A stretch of DNA of 64,000 nt from the human T2T-CHM13v2.0 reference genome, Homo sapiens. The notes beneath the pieces were generated by a model that saw nothing but the letters and a program-made list of their open reading frames with translations, was not told the origin of the DNA and ran no database searches. The translations under genes and the position numbers were made by a program. Positions within the stretch are counted from its first letter, which is position 1. The number at the start of each line of letters is the position of its first letter. The stretch spans positions 23,136,001 to 23,200,000 of the forward strand of contig CP086569.2 in the NCBI GenBank assembly GCA_009914755.4, read 5' to 3'. Positions 16,021-28,350 of this stretch are shown here, piece after piece.

Positions 16021-16301
16021 GCCAAGTGCAATGGCTCACATCTGTAATCCCAGCACTTTGTGAGGCTGAGTTGGATCGATCACTTGAAGTCAGGAGTTCA
16101 AGACCAGCCTAGGTAATATGGCGAAACCCCAACTCTACTACAAATGAAAAAATTAGCCAGGCATGGTAGTGAATGCCTTTTTTCCACATACTCAGGAGGC
16201 TGAGAAAGAGGAATCACTTGAACCCAAAGTTGGAGATTGCAGTGAGCCGGGATCATGCCACTGCACTCCTGCCTGGGTAACAGTGAGACTCTGTCTCAAA
16301 A

Positions 16302-16302
<1 letters not shown>
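16021..16302 (+). mobile_element. Alu, older and diverged (AluS/J-like); its tail has been replaced by (TA)n
   Basis: Alu left-arm consensus gccaagtgcaatggctcacatctgtaatcccagcactttgtgaggctgag is present and the element ends in gcctgggtaacagtgagactctgtctcaaaa. Confidence 0.88.

Positions 16303-16362
<60 letters not shown>
16303..16362. repeat. (TA)n microsatellite, about 30 units
   Basis: An uninterrupted atatatat run is read directly. The ORFs 16163-16419 (YIYIYI) are artefacts. Confidence 0.92.
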
Positions 16363-16368
<6 letters not shown>

Positions 16369-17668
16369 AAATATAAAAACTCCAGGATATCCTGTTGCCT
16401 GTGTATTATACATCATCATTTAAAGAACAGAACCCCTATTTATAAAAATGAGACTATGCCAGCAATGATATTAATATTAAAGTTTAATTTTTAAGTTCAT
16501 TATTAAAAGGAGCCTTAAAAAGATGCAGAATGGATAAAGTTCCAATGTGTATCTTTAGTAAAGTAGGAAGAAGTTTTTGGATCAAAAGATGAATTAATGT
16601 CAAAATTTGTCATATGGAATCTCATATGTATGATACTGTGTATTAATGCTTTAGCACATGTGTTTGGCAATTTTGTGATAAAATGAGAAAAAAATCTTAA
16701 CATATCAACTTACCTTGTATTTAACAAAAAACAATCTCTACTAACCATATAAATTAAATTTAATATTTCATGTTTATTTGAATTATAATAAATTTGTCAT
16801 GGAGAATAAGTGTGTGTGTGTTTGAGAGAAGGAATTTCTTCTCATAAAATGGATTATGTTACAAAATTATTTCAAATTAGATATTTTGCAAAAGGTATAC
16901 ATTTTCCCATAGTAATAATGCCAAAAGAACTATAAAGATACATAACAATCTTTATAACTGCAGGATCCAATATTAATAAAGACTGCCAGGCAAGACATAA
17001 TTCACTTTGATTCCAAAATAAGTAGGAGGGTGGTTAGAAGAGGGGAGGAATACAGCCAGTGGAAGTGAGGAAAAGATCTGACAACTGAACATCTCTAAAT
17101 CAGGAGCAAGGGTTAAAACTTTCTAGGTATGGATTTCTAGTAGAAAGGTAACATGTACAAGTCAATTGCAATCTAATTGTTCACAGAATAAAAAACACCT
17201 AACAGCTTATTATTTAAAATTAATAGTCCTGTTGTTTAGCACATATTCATACTTTCCATGGCAGAATTGTGCTTTCCTTTTGCTTGTTTCCTGTTAGGGG
17301 CCAATGGGATGCTCAGACATGGGAAACAAGGAAGGTCTTGAAATGTATTTGGCAACTGAACTTACACTCTTGCCTTCCTGCTTTTCTTTATAAGGAGAAA
17401 ATAACTTAACTGCAGGCTTAAAGAGAACACATTAGAGTAGACCGAGACAAAATCAAGTCCAACTAAGCTTAGAAGAGTAAAAAAATCCCTCTTTATCTTC
17501 AATTACAAGGGCAAAAAGTACATGCTTACTGTAAAATGCCACAAGTTTTGGTATGGGTAATTAGGCAGCATTATTGATACACTAACTTTTACACTCTTTA
17601 CCTAAAAAAAATAGTTTTGCCAAACAAGCATTTGGTACAGAAAGTGTTAGACTAAGGCCTATACAGGA

Positions 17669-17801
17669 AAATTAAAAGCAATATTAACAAGAGCAGTGAT
17701 GATAACCTCAGTAGCAATAACAATTAAAACAGAAAATTAAAAGTAAGTAACATTAACAAGAATAGGGATGATAACCTCAATAGCAATAACAATTAAAACA
17801 G
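17669..17801. repeat. tandem duplication, 2 copies of about 66 bp (aaaattaaaag...gataacctca(g/a)tagcaataacaattaaaacag)
   Basis: The two adjacent copies are about 80% identical and are read directly. Confidence 0.75.
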
Positions 17802-18182
17802 AAGGGTCTTACTTACATTATCTCATTTTATATAAAAAGACAATTCACAATGTGAATTGGAATGCTTATAACTTCAGCTTTTTTATTTTAAAATACCATA
17901 TTCCCATGTAAATGGGGTCCTGCAATTTTCACCCAAATCAATGTAGACATCCCTTTATTGTGGTTAAGCTGTTCTTACCTGTATATGTGTGAATAAATCT
18001 TGTCCTAGTTTTGAGTTTCTTGAATGAAACAGCAGTAATAACAAAAATAAGATGTCCTCATCACTGATGCTATATTTGGCTTTGTTTAAAAAAAATCAGT
18101 CCTTAGCTTTTCAAACAGGCAATATCTGTCTTTAGAGAACATCTATTCTTGCCTCATCCTTTTGCTATCATATAACATGAAG

Positions 18183-18185
18183 TGG

Positions 18186-18217
<32 letters not shown>

Positions 18218-18345
18218 AGCAGATAAACAAAGAGAGACAGAACAGAGAGAGAGAAACAGGGAGAGAGAGAGAGAAAAGCAGATAAACAGAGAGAGGAAAA
18301 CAGAGAGAGAGAGACAGAGAGAGAGAGACAGAGATTCTTCAAAAA
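18183..18345. repeat. compound (GA)n/(GAGAGACA)n purine-rich repeat with a higher-order period of about 57 bp (gagagagaagcagataaaca...)
   Basis: Read directly. The minus-strand ORF 18154-18378 (LSLSLS) is an artefact. Confidence 0.85.
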
Positions 18346-18810
18346 CAAGTAATTATTTCTGCATCTTAAAGAAAGCAAAATTTACTTGTGAGTTTGAACT
18401 AGGGAATGAAAATTTTGGTTCTATATGTTTAATTAGTTTTTAATTTCTCTGTAACCTCATCATGAGTCTCTAACAGGAAATAATATTGATCATACATTTG
18501 GTAAAATTAGGTGCACATATCTTAGATCATTCTCAAGGGGCTCACTAAATTATTTACTAAGCCTAATGTGTTACTAATACAAGTTAAACTCCACCTCTAG
18601 TGTAACTGTAAAATTCATTGAGTAAATAGTGCCCTGTGACCATCATGGTCTTGGTATTAGAGATAAGTGAATCGAGTGCCTAGCACAATGTCTATAAGGA
18701 AATACTGTATCACTTTACCCTGCTCCATTAAAGGAATAAGGTTTACATCATATTCCACACAAGGAAAAAACATTTTAAATGCTTCATTTTCCCTAAGGTA
18801 AACCACAATG

Positions 18811-18836
18811 ACAACAACAACAACAACAACAACAAA
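18811..18836. repeat. (CAA)n microsatellite
   Basis: The run caacaacaacaacaacaacaacaaaaac is read directly. Confidence 0.8.
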
Positions 18837-19689
18837 AACAGACTCATTCTGTCTAGTTCTAATCCAAAAATTAAATAAAACCCTGAGCTTTTCTGTAAGT
18901 TACTGAAAACTATCCTGGCCTTTGAAATGTTGATATATAGAAATGGAAAAATATAATCTGATTTGACAATAATTCAAAGAAGTTATTAATTGTCCATCAT
19001 GAATGTTACAAATTTGATAAATTAAATATCTAGTCATATTTTTTAAAATTTTAGAGCAAGTTCTGTTAAAACCTGTACTCCAATTAATAGTTTTCTGCAA
19101 ATGAATTTATTTTCTTTTCTAAATGACTTGGTCTCTGATTCTACCTTTGACATTTGATTTCCAGCAAGTGCCCAGAAACTGTTTTATATTACTGTTGTTA
19201 TTAATATGGCAGTCATTTTCATAGTTCATAAATATGCATAGATTCAAATATATACTGTCTATGACAACGTTTTAAACTGCAATTATTCTGGGGACTTTAG
19301 CAGAGCCAAGAGACACAAAACAAACAATTTACTTCAGTTACGTTTTGCTTTATAAACAGTGATGTATGTTTCCCCCAAGGTTCAACTGAGCATTCAACTG
19401 AGTATTCTTATGACTACTCCATGAAGAAATGAAGTGATCACATGAAAACAAACCCAGGTGGAACCTGGGGGAAACACTAATTTTGAATATATGGTTATCA
19501 TTTATTGCATATTTATTCAGCAAGCACTGTCTTGATAAAAACCGTAAGACACATCAAATCAACCTTAATAGACTAACTTTACAGCAGTGACTAATCACTC
19601 CCCATAGGTAGCCCCTTTTTATCTGGACACACTGTTTGTTCTAGATATGCTAACCACGTTAAAGACTTTGATGATTCTAAACATTGACT

Positions 19690-20230
19690 CGGTTACCCCA
19701 GACCAGGGTACCAGTGCATGGCCTGTTAGGAAAGGCTGTATAGCAAGAGGTGAGTGGCTGGCAGGTCAGCAAAGCTTCATCTGTATTTACAGCCACTCCT
19801 CATCGCTTGCATTACCACCTTAGCTCCACCTCTTGTCAGATCAGAAGTGGCATTAGATTTTTGTATGCCATGGTGAACTGCCCATGCAAGGGGTTTAAGT
19901 TGTGCACTCCTTATGATTATCTAATGCCTGGTGATCTGTCACTGTCTGCCATCACCCCAGGATGGAAAACAAGTTCAGGCCTCCCATAGATTCTACATTA
20001 TGGTGAGTTATATAATTATTTAATTACATGTTACAACGTTTTAATAATAGAAATACAGGACAAAATAAATGTAATGTCCTTGAATCATCCTGCAAGCATC
20101 ACCTCTCCACTCATGATCTGTGGAAAAATTGTCTTCCATGAAACCAGTCCCTGCCGCCAGAAAGGTTGGGAACATCTGCCCCAGACCAACCACTCCAGAG
20201 AAAACATAATGACTGAGCCATAGTAGTGGC
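19690..20230. repeat. probable ancient interspersed repeat, unclassified
   Basis: It contains motifs I recognise from a medium-reiteration human repeat consensus: gtcagatcagaagtggcattagattt and gtggaaaaattgtcttccatgaaaccagtccctgccgccagaaaggttggg. I cannot name the family. Confidence 0.3.
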
Positions 20231-22699
20231 CTGAGAAAAATAAAAATTCTAAAAACATGAACCAATCTGCAAAAAAGACTATTCCCACAACATCCCAGGA
20301 GAACTTGACCTGCCCCATATTCTAATAGGGTGAAAGGGCCCATACAAGTAGAAATTTCAAAGAATCTCTAAGTAGGTTACCTACTATCTTTTGTGTACAT
20401 AAAATCTGTACATTTTCTTGAGGTTTATTTAGGCATTGTTTCACATAATAAATCCCAGTGAGTACTCAACCACCCTCTGACCTGGTAAAAATGCTGCTGG
20501 TTAACTTATCGATGCTGTTGCTAACTAATGAAAGATAACTAATAATTGTTTATACAATTTTAATACTTGTCTTAGTGCTTCTTTATTTAATTTTTAATAA
20601 TTCAGTAGGCTAATGTTTATAATGTGTGCTATTAATATATCCTCTCTTTGGAACCTCATAAAAAAAACTGCACATAAGAATGCATTTACTACTATGGTTT
20701 TCATAAGGATAAACTTGGACAGAAACTATTAATACATTCTAAAGCATAAATTTAGTAAAATAATATGCTATCACCATTAATTTTATTACTGAACTAATTA
20801 AGTTTTTTTGTCTAAGATGAATGGGATCATTTGAAATTAATTACTTGAAAAACTTGAATGCATTCATGTTTTAGTATGAACTTTAGTATGCCAATTTTCT
20901 AAAGAGTACAGTTAATATTACTCATTCCTCATTCTGTTCAACAGTTTATTAAGCATGTACTGCACATTTGGAACTTGGAGATCCATAGGTTGATGCATAA
21001 TATATGAAAACTACCTTCTCTGACATAAAAAAATTATGTGTTTTTATGTCAAACACAAGCAAGATATGAAAGCATACTTTTAATAACACTTTCAATTCTA
21101 AACTCTTCTGAAACTGACATTCATTCAAATTTCTCAATAAGCTTACAAACACAATCTTTATCCTAGTATCCTAGTATTGTTCTCTATACTATTCTGCAAT
21201 TAAAATATTTCATTGCAAAATCTACTCTATATTTTATTTTCCCCTACATTATTTTCTTAATACCAGTGAAAATAAAGTAATGTAAAGACAAGACGCAGAA
21301 GATCAGCGAGAAAATGTGGCATGAGCTGAGACCTGAGAGAAGAATGAAACTCCAATCAATTGCAGAAGGGACTTGACTATCAGGCAAAGGAAATTAGAAC
21401 TGATTTCATGGTAATCTCAGAACCTTCATATTTTCTCTCTCTGTCTTACTTTCTTCTATGCAAGTTCTTTCTTAGTTTCCGGGTGTGGGTACCTTGTTTA
21501 CATGGTTACTTTGATTCAGATGTCATCAAGAAATTTAAAAAAGAGTTTCAATCCAGCAGTTAATAGATGTAATATGAACAAGAAACCAGCAATTATTTTA
21601 TTTCATTATTTTATTTTTTCTCACTTTCATAAAGCTAAGTGAAACACTTCAGATTTAAGAAATTCTCCACTTTCCTGGGGCAAAATTAAGCTCTAAAGTT
21701 CAGAGGTTAGTAGAAAAGCAAGCATCACTTCCCATCTGACTACAAACAAAAGAAAACTAACCTTGCAGCCAGGACAGCAGGAATCTGGCTGGGTACAACC
21801 ACAATCAAAGCTGCTGTGTAGATCAGCTGGCAATGCATCTTGAGTGGTAATCTGGGAGCATGCCACCACCACAATGCTTTGAACCCTAGTTAGCAAATAC
21901 CAACTTCTAAGATAAAGTCTGTCTTCTATGAGTAACGATTAGGGCCATAATGTTGTCAAACCCAAAGGAAAGCATCTTTTCTTATCCTATTCCCATTATA
22001 AATTAGACGTACTTTGTAAATAAATACTGCTTAACATTACCTAGTTTTTCAGCAAATACAAAAGTTTTATAAGTTCAAAAGTTATGTGTATTCTGAGGTA
22101 GGTATATTAACAGGAAATATAACATGATATGCTCTTCACCTTTTCAAAGGTAAAATGAATATATAATTACAGAACCATATATTAAACTTTCAGAGGAATA
22201 CAGAGAAATGTAGAGACATGCAACTAATCCCATGATGAATATAAATAAATGAAAAATAGGAAGAAAAATCACAGACTGTAATGATAAAATAAGAGTCATA
22301 GTTGTTTTCTTTTTCTTTCATGTTTGTAAAAACGTAATAATTGTTTGACACCTGAAAATGTGATACTAATTCTCTTAATTAACATGATACTAAATATTTT
22401 CCTCCAAGGTTTTTGTAGCCTTTAGTTTAGACAAAATTAAGTTTAGCTGATGCAACATTTTAAGGGATAATTTACTTAGCAAATACTACTTTGGAATTGT
22501 AGGAAAACTTTTTTTATTACAATTTGTATAGTTTTATCAATTTTAAAACTAATGGAAATTTTGAATAAAGACAAAAGCTGTGAAAAAAGAAAACAGCTCA
22601 GTGTGTATTATATCTAAAATGCTACTAACTTTCTTCTCCTTCTAAAAGAAATAAATTTTAATCATGACAAAGAATTTCTAAATATACTCTTAAGAAGTA

Positions 22700-22818
22700 C
22701 GAAAACGGTGTTGGGAAAACAGGCTAGCCATGTGCAGAAAACTGAAACCGGACCCATTACTTACACAATTTACAAAAATCAATTCAAGATGGATCAAAGA
22801 CTTAAATGTAAGACCTAG
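22700..22818 (+). mobile_element. L1 ORF2 3'-region fragment, left part of an old L1 interrupted by the ERV9 provirus
   Basis: The string ggtgttgggaaaacaggctagccatgtgcagaaaactgaaaccggacccattacttacacaatttacaaaaatcaattcaagatggatcaaagacttaaatgtaagacctag matches the L1 ORF2 C-terminal region (..[35 protein letters not shown]..). Confidence 0.85.
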
Positions 22819-23551
22819 TGAGAGGTGAAGCCAGCTGAGCTTCTGGGCAGGGTGGGAACTTGGAGAACTTTTGTGCCTAGCTAAAGGATTGTAAATGCAC
22901 CAATCAGCACTCTGTGTCTAGCTAAAGGATTGTAAACACATCAGTCAGCACTCTGTAAAATGCACCAGTCAGCAATCTGTAAAATGCACCAATCAGCACT
23001 CTTTAAAAGGGACCAATCAGCACTCTGTAAAAGGGACCAATCAGCCCTCTGTCAAATGGACCAGTCAGCAGGATATGGGGGGGGGGGGGGGTCAAATAAG
23101 GGTTGGCCACTCAGCCAACAATGGTAATCTGCTGGGGTCCCCTTCCATGCTGTGTAAGCTTTGTTCTTTCACTCTTCACAATAAATCTTGCTGCCGCTCA
23201 CTCTTTGAGTCCTCACTACCTTTTTGAGCTGTAACACTCCCCACAAGCATCTGTGGCTTCATTCCTGAAGTCAGTGAGACCATGAACCCACCAGGAGGAA
23301 CAAACGACTCCAGACCCACTACCTTTAAGAGCTGTAACACTCACTGCGAAGGTCTGTGGCTTCACTCCCAAAGTCAGTGAGACCACAAACCAACCAGAAG
23401 GAAGAAACTTTGGACACATCTGAACATCTGAAGGAAAAAACGCTGGACACACCATCTTTAAGAGCTGTAACACTCACCGTGAGGGTCCGTGGCTTCATTC
23501 TTCAAGTCAGCATGACCAAGAACCCACCAGAAGGAATAAATTCCAGACCCA
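22819..23551 (+). mobile_element. 5' LTR (LTR12 family). U3 carries about 6 tandem CCAAT-box repeats (ccaatcagcactctgtaaaa), a G15 homopolymer, an aataaa and three R/U5 repeats of gagctgtaacactcac..gtggcttcat
   Basis: The characteristic LTR12 tandem-repeat architecture is read directly. The LTR starts tgagaggtgaagccagctg and ends ..aattccagaccca. Confidence 0.75.
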
Positions 23552-23554
23552 TTT

Positions 23555-23572
23555 TGGCAACCATGAAGGCAT
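23555..23572 (+). other. PBS, tRNA-Arg-like (tggcaaccatgaaggcat, about 14/18 to TGGCGACCACGAAGGGAC)
   Basis: It lies 3 nt downstream of the LTR end and begins TGG. The match to the tRNA-Arg 3'-end complement fits ERV9. Confidence 0.5.
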
Positions 23573-24433
23573 TATTGACTATTACTAAGTGGTGAGTGCC
23601 ATTGGACCCTTTTCACCTGCTATTCCATCCTACTTTTCCTTAGAATTCTGGGGCTAAATACTGGGCTCTTAAAAGTGGCTAGCATGGCCACTGGACTAAA
23701 GACAGAGGTGTCAGAGTTTCTGAGAAAGCGCTCTCTAACAACTGCTGACTCTTTGGAGTTGGAAGCATTGGTTTGCCTGGAACCAGCTTCACTTTTTCTG
23801 TACTTCTGGGCTGAGCCAAGAGTCGACAGAGGGGAAAGCCATTCAGCTCCGAGGTCCAACAACAAGTTGGTTGACCCTGTAGTCATGAGTGGAACTCTCA
23901 AAGTTACATTGCCCAAGAAAGACTCGCCCATCTATCCTATCTATCCTGACCCATGCCTCCTGGGTCCTAATGTCTGTTAGACAAACTTCCTTGCCCCTCT
24001 CTTCTCTGAGGCTAGTCTTGCTTCTAAAAACCATTCCCTGTTTATTTTGCTATTCTAGTTTCTTCAATAAGAATGATTTCTAGTATAAACTCTAGGACTC
24101 TATTCCCTTCGTTAGGCACCTGGACTCACCAATCCGAAAGACATAATTTTTGCTGAAAGCCCCATGATAGTGGGGACTATCTGGAATTTAAGGATCCCTC
24201 CTCAGACAAGCAGACCTAACAAAAACTATTCCTGAAGCTAGGATATGAGGAACCTCAGAAATGTTATCCTTCCTATTCAAGTGAGGACAAAAGATGTCAC
24301 TCTTCCAACCCTGGTGATCCTTTCCTTCCCTCAGGGTATGGCTCTCCACTTCATTTTTGGGGCATAACATCTTCATAGGAGAATGTGAAGGTCCTAATAC
24401 TAACAGGAGAATGCTTAGGACTCTAACACGTTT

Positions 24434-24760
24434 TTGATAATGCATCAGTATGGGCCACTAAATCCAATTTTTCTCAGTCCTCTTTGTGGTCTAGGACAGG
24501 CAAGGGTGCAGATTTTTGAGAATGCATCAGTAAGGGCCACTAAATCTGACATTGCTCAGTCCTCCTTGTGGTCTAGGAGGAAAACTAGTGTTTCTGCTGC
24601 TGCATCAGTGTGCACAACTATTCTGATCAGCAGGGTCCAGGGACCATTGCAGTTTCTTGGGCAGGAGTTGTTTCCACTACTGCATCAGTAAGAGCAACTA
24701 TTGTGATCATCAGTGTCCAGGGACCATTGTGGGTTCTTGGGCAGGGGGAGAAACAAACAA
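24434..24760 (+). repeat. ERV9 leader-region tandem repeats: two ~88-bp units, then two ~76-bp units, each starting tgcatcagt
   Basis: Directly visible repeats are ..gcatcagtatgggccactaaatcc.. and ..gcatcagtaagggccactaaatct.., then ..ctgcatcagtgtgcacaactattctgatcagcagggtccagggaccattgc.. and ..ctgcatcagtaagagcaactattgtgatcatcagtgtccagggaccattgt.. Confidence 0.8.
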
Positions 24761-24823
24761 ACCAAAACCACGGGTGGTTTTGTCTTTCAGATATGAAACA
24801 CTCAGGAATCAACAGGCTCACCC

Positions 24824-26140
24824 TTGAAATGCATCCTAAGCCATTGGGACCAATTTGACCCACAAGCCCTGAAAAAGAGGTGGCTCATTGTTTCTGCACT
24901 ACAGCTTGGCCCCAAAATTCTTTCTGATGGGGAAAAATGGCCACCTGAGGGAAGTATAAATTACCATACTATCCGGCAGCTTGACCTTTTCTGTAAGAGG
25001 GAAGACAAATGGAGTGAAATACCTTATGTCCAAACTTTCTTTTCACTAAAGGAGAATCCACAACTATGCAAAGCTTGCAATTTAAATCCTGCAGGAGGAC
25101 CTCTCAGTTTACCCCCATATACTAGCCTCCCTATAGCTCCCCTTCTATTAATGATAAGCCTCCTCTAATCTCCCCTGCCCACAAGGAAACAAGCAAAGAA
25201 ATCCCCAAAGGACCACACAAACCCCTGGGCTATCAATTATGTCCCCTTCAAGCTGTAGGGGATGGGAATTTGGCCCAAACTGGGTACATGTCCCCTTCTC
25301 CCTCTCTGATTTAAAGCAGATCAAGGCAGACCTGGGGAAGTTTTCAGATGATCCTAATACATATAAAGATGTCCTACAGGGTCTAGGGCAAGCCTTCAAT
25401 CTCACTTGGAGAGATGTCATGCTATTGTTAGATCAAACCCTGGCCTTTAATGAAAATAAGGTGGTCAAGTAAATGATAGAATGGCAACTGAAGAAAGGGA
25501 CAAATTCCCTACTGGTCAGCAAGCCATCCCCAGTATGGATTCCCCTTGGGATCTAGACTCAGATCATGGGGACTGGAGTCATAAACAGCTGTTGGCCTGT
25601 GTTCTAGAAGGACTAAGGAAAATGAGGAAAAATCCCATTAATTATTCAGTGATGTCCATCATAACTCAGGGGAAGGAAGAAAATACTCCTGCCTTCCTCA
25701 AGCAGCTATGGGAGGCCTTAAGAAAATATACTCTCCTGTCACCCATCTCCCTCAAGGGTCAATTGATACTAAAAGATAAGTTCATTACCCAATCAGCAGC
25801 AGATATCAGGAGAAAGCCCCAAAAGTGAGCCCCAGGCCTTCAACAAAGTCTGGAGGCATTATTAAACCTGGAAATGTTGGTGTTCTATAATAGGGACCAA
25901 GAGGAACAGGCCAAAAAGGAAAAGTGAGATCAGTAAAAGGTCACAGCTTTAGTCTTGGCCCTCAGACAAACAAACCTTGGTGGTTCAGAGGGGACAGAAA
26001 ATGGAGCAGGCCAATCACCAAGTAGGGCTTTTTATCTGTGTGCTTTGCAAGGACACTTTAAAAAAGATTGTCCAATGAGAAACAAGCTGTCACCTTGCCC
26101 ATGTCCACTATGCTGAGGCAATCATTGGAAGGCACACTGC
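24824..26140 (+). pseudogene. gag: ERV9 gag (MA-p12-CA-NC), disrupted by stops and frameshifts
   Basis: ORF 24824-25168 is MA-like and carries a PPY late-domain motif. ORFs 25239-25828 are CA-like (..DPNTYKDVLQGLGQAFNLTWRDVMLLLDQTL.. and ..ITQGKEENTPAFLKQLWEALRKYT..). An NC zinc-knuckle remnant lies near 26030-26140. Confidence 0.8.
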
Positions 26141-26219
26141 CCCAGATGACAAAGGTTCTTTGGGCCACAAGCCCCCAAGCAGACAATCCAGCAACAAGAC
26201 TGAGGGTATGTAGGGCAAG

Positions 26220-28350
26220 CGCCAGCTCGTGTCATCATCCTCACTGAGCCCCAGGTACATTTAACCATTGATGGCCAGGAAATTGGCTCCCTCCTGGACA
26301 CTGATGTGGCTTTCTCAGTGTCAATCTCCTGTCCTGGACAGCTGTCCTCAAGGTCCACTACCATCTGAGGAATCCTGGGACAACATGTAACCAGGTATTT
26401 CACCCACCACCTCAGTTGTAATTGGGAGAATTTGCTCTTTTCCCACACCTTTCTCATTATGCCTGAAAGTCCCACACCCTTATTAGGGAGGGGTATATTA
26501 GCCAAAGCTGGAGCTATTATCTACATAAATATAGGAAACAAGGTACCCATTTGTTGTCCCCTACTTGAGGAGGGAATCAACCCTGAAGTCTGGGCATTGG
26601 AAGGACAATTTGGAAGGGCAAAAAAATGCCCACCAAATCCAAATCAGAATAAAAGTCCCCATAACTTTTCCTTATCAAAGGCAATATCCCTTAAGGCTTG
26701 AAGCTCATAAAGGATTACAGGATATTGTTAAACATTTAATAGCAAAAGGCTTAGTAAGCAAAGGCAGCAGTCCCTGCAACACCCCAATTCTAGGCATTCA
26801 AAAACCGAATGATCAGTGGAGAATAGTGCAAGATCTTAGACTCATAAATCAGGCAGTAATTCCTGTATATCCAGTTGTACCAAAACCGTATACCCTGCTC
26901 TCTCAAATGCCAGAGGAAGCAGAATTGTTCGCTGTTTTAGACCTCAAGGATGCCTTCTTCTGTATTGCCCTGCACTCTCATTCCCAGTTTCTCTTTGCCT
27001 TTGAGGATCCCACAGACCACACATCCCAACTTACGTGGACGGTCTTGCCCCAACGGTTTAGGGATAGCCCTCATCTTTTGGTCAGGCACTGGCCCAAGAT
27101 CTAGGCAACTTCTCAAGTCCAGGCACTGTGATCCTTCAGTATGTGATTACTTTTGGCTACCAGTTCAGCTATTCTAAATCTCTTGAACTTTCTAGCTAAT
27201 CAAGGGTATAATGTGTCTAGGTCAAAGGACCAGCTTTGCATACAGCAGGTCAAATATCTAGGCCTAATCTTAGCCATTGGGACCAGGGCCCTCAGCAAGG
27301 AATGAATGCAGCCTATACCGGCTTATCCTCACCTTAAGACATTAAAACAGTTGTGGGGGTTCCTTGGAATCACTGGCTGTTGCTAACTATGTATCCCCAG
27401 ATACAGCGAGGTGACCAGATCATGCATACGCTAATCAAGGAGACCCAGAGGGCAAACACTCATCTAGTAGAAGAAGAACCAGAGGCAGAAACAGCCTTCA
27501 AAAACTTAAAGCAGGCCCTAGTACAAGCTACAGCTTTAAGCCTTCCCACAGGGAAAAAACTTATCTTTATACATCACAGAGAGAGGAGGAATAGCTCTTG
27601 GAGTCCTTACTCAGACAAGTGGGACAACCCCACAACCAGTGGCATACTTAAGTAAGGAAATTGCTATAGTAACAAAAGTCTGGCCTCACTGTTTATGGGT
27701 AGTTGTGGTGGTGGACAGCTTAGTGTGAGAGGCTATCAAAATAATACAAGGAGAGGATCTCACTGTTCTGACTACTCATGATGTAAATGGCATACTAGGT
27801 GCCAAAGGAAGTTTATGGCTATCAGACGACTGCCTACTTAGATACCAGCCACTAGTCCTTGAGGGACCAGTGCTTCAGATACATACGTGTGTTGCTTTCA
27901 ACCCCGCCACTTTTCTCCCGGAGGATGGGGAACCAATTGAGCATGACTGCCAACAAATTACAGTCCAGATTTATGCTGCCTGAGAGGATCTCTTAGAAGT
28001 CCCCTTAGCTATTCCTGACTTTAACCTATATACTGATGGAAGTTCATTTGTGGAGAATGGGATACAAAGAGTAGGTTATGCCATAGTTAGTGATGTAACA
28101 GGATTTGAAAGTAAGCCTCTTCTCCCAGGGAGAAGTGGCCAGTTAGCAGAAATAGTGGTGCTTAGCCAAACCTTAGAACTGGGAGGGAAGAAGCATACAA
28201 GTGTATACAGACAGTAAGTATGCTTATCTAATCTTACATGCCCATGCTGCAATATGGAAAGAAAGGGAGTTTCTAACCTCTGGAGGAATGCCCATTAAAT
28301 ATCACAAGGAAATCATGGAGTTATTTCATTCAGTGCAAAAACCCAAGGAG
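26220..28350 (+). pseudogene. pol: ERV9 pro-pol (protease with a mutated LLDTDV active site, RT, RNase H), with multiple stops
   Basis: ORF 26565-27104 carries the RT motifs LDLKDAFF and QLTWTVLPQRFRDSPHL. Downstream, ..VAYLSKEIAIVTKVWP.. and YTDGSSFVENGIQRVGYAIV (RNase H) are visible. The frame is repeatedly broken. Confidence 0.8.

Noticed and set aside
22890-23070. Regular ~21-bp tandem repeats with conserved cores, considered briefly as a CRISPR-like array
   Set aside because: This is eukaryotic (primate) DNA. The repeats are the well-known U3 CCAAT-box repeats of LTR12 and are not separated by unique spacers.
26122-26505. 127-aa minus-strand ORF
   Set aside because: It is antisense to the ERV9 gag-NC/protease region with no recognisable similarity. 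This is a chance open frame within the provirus.
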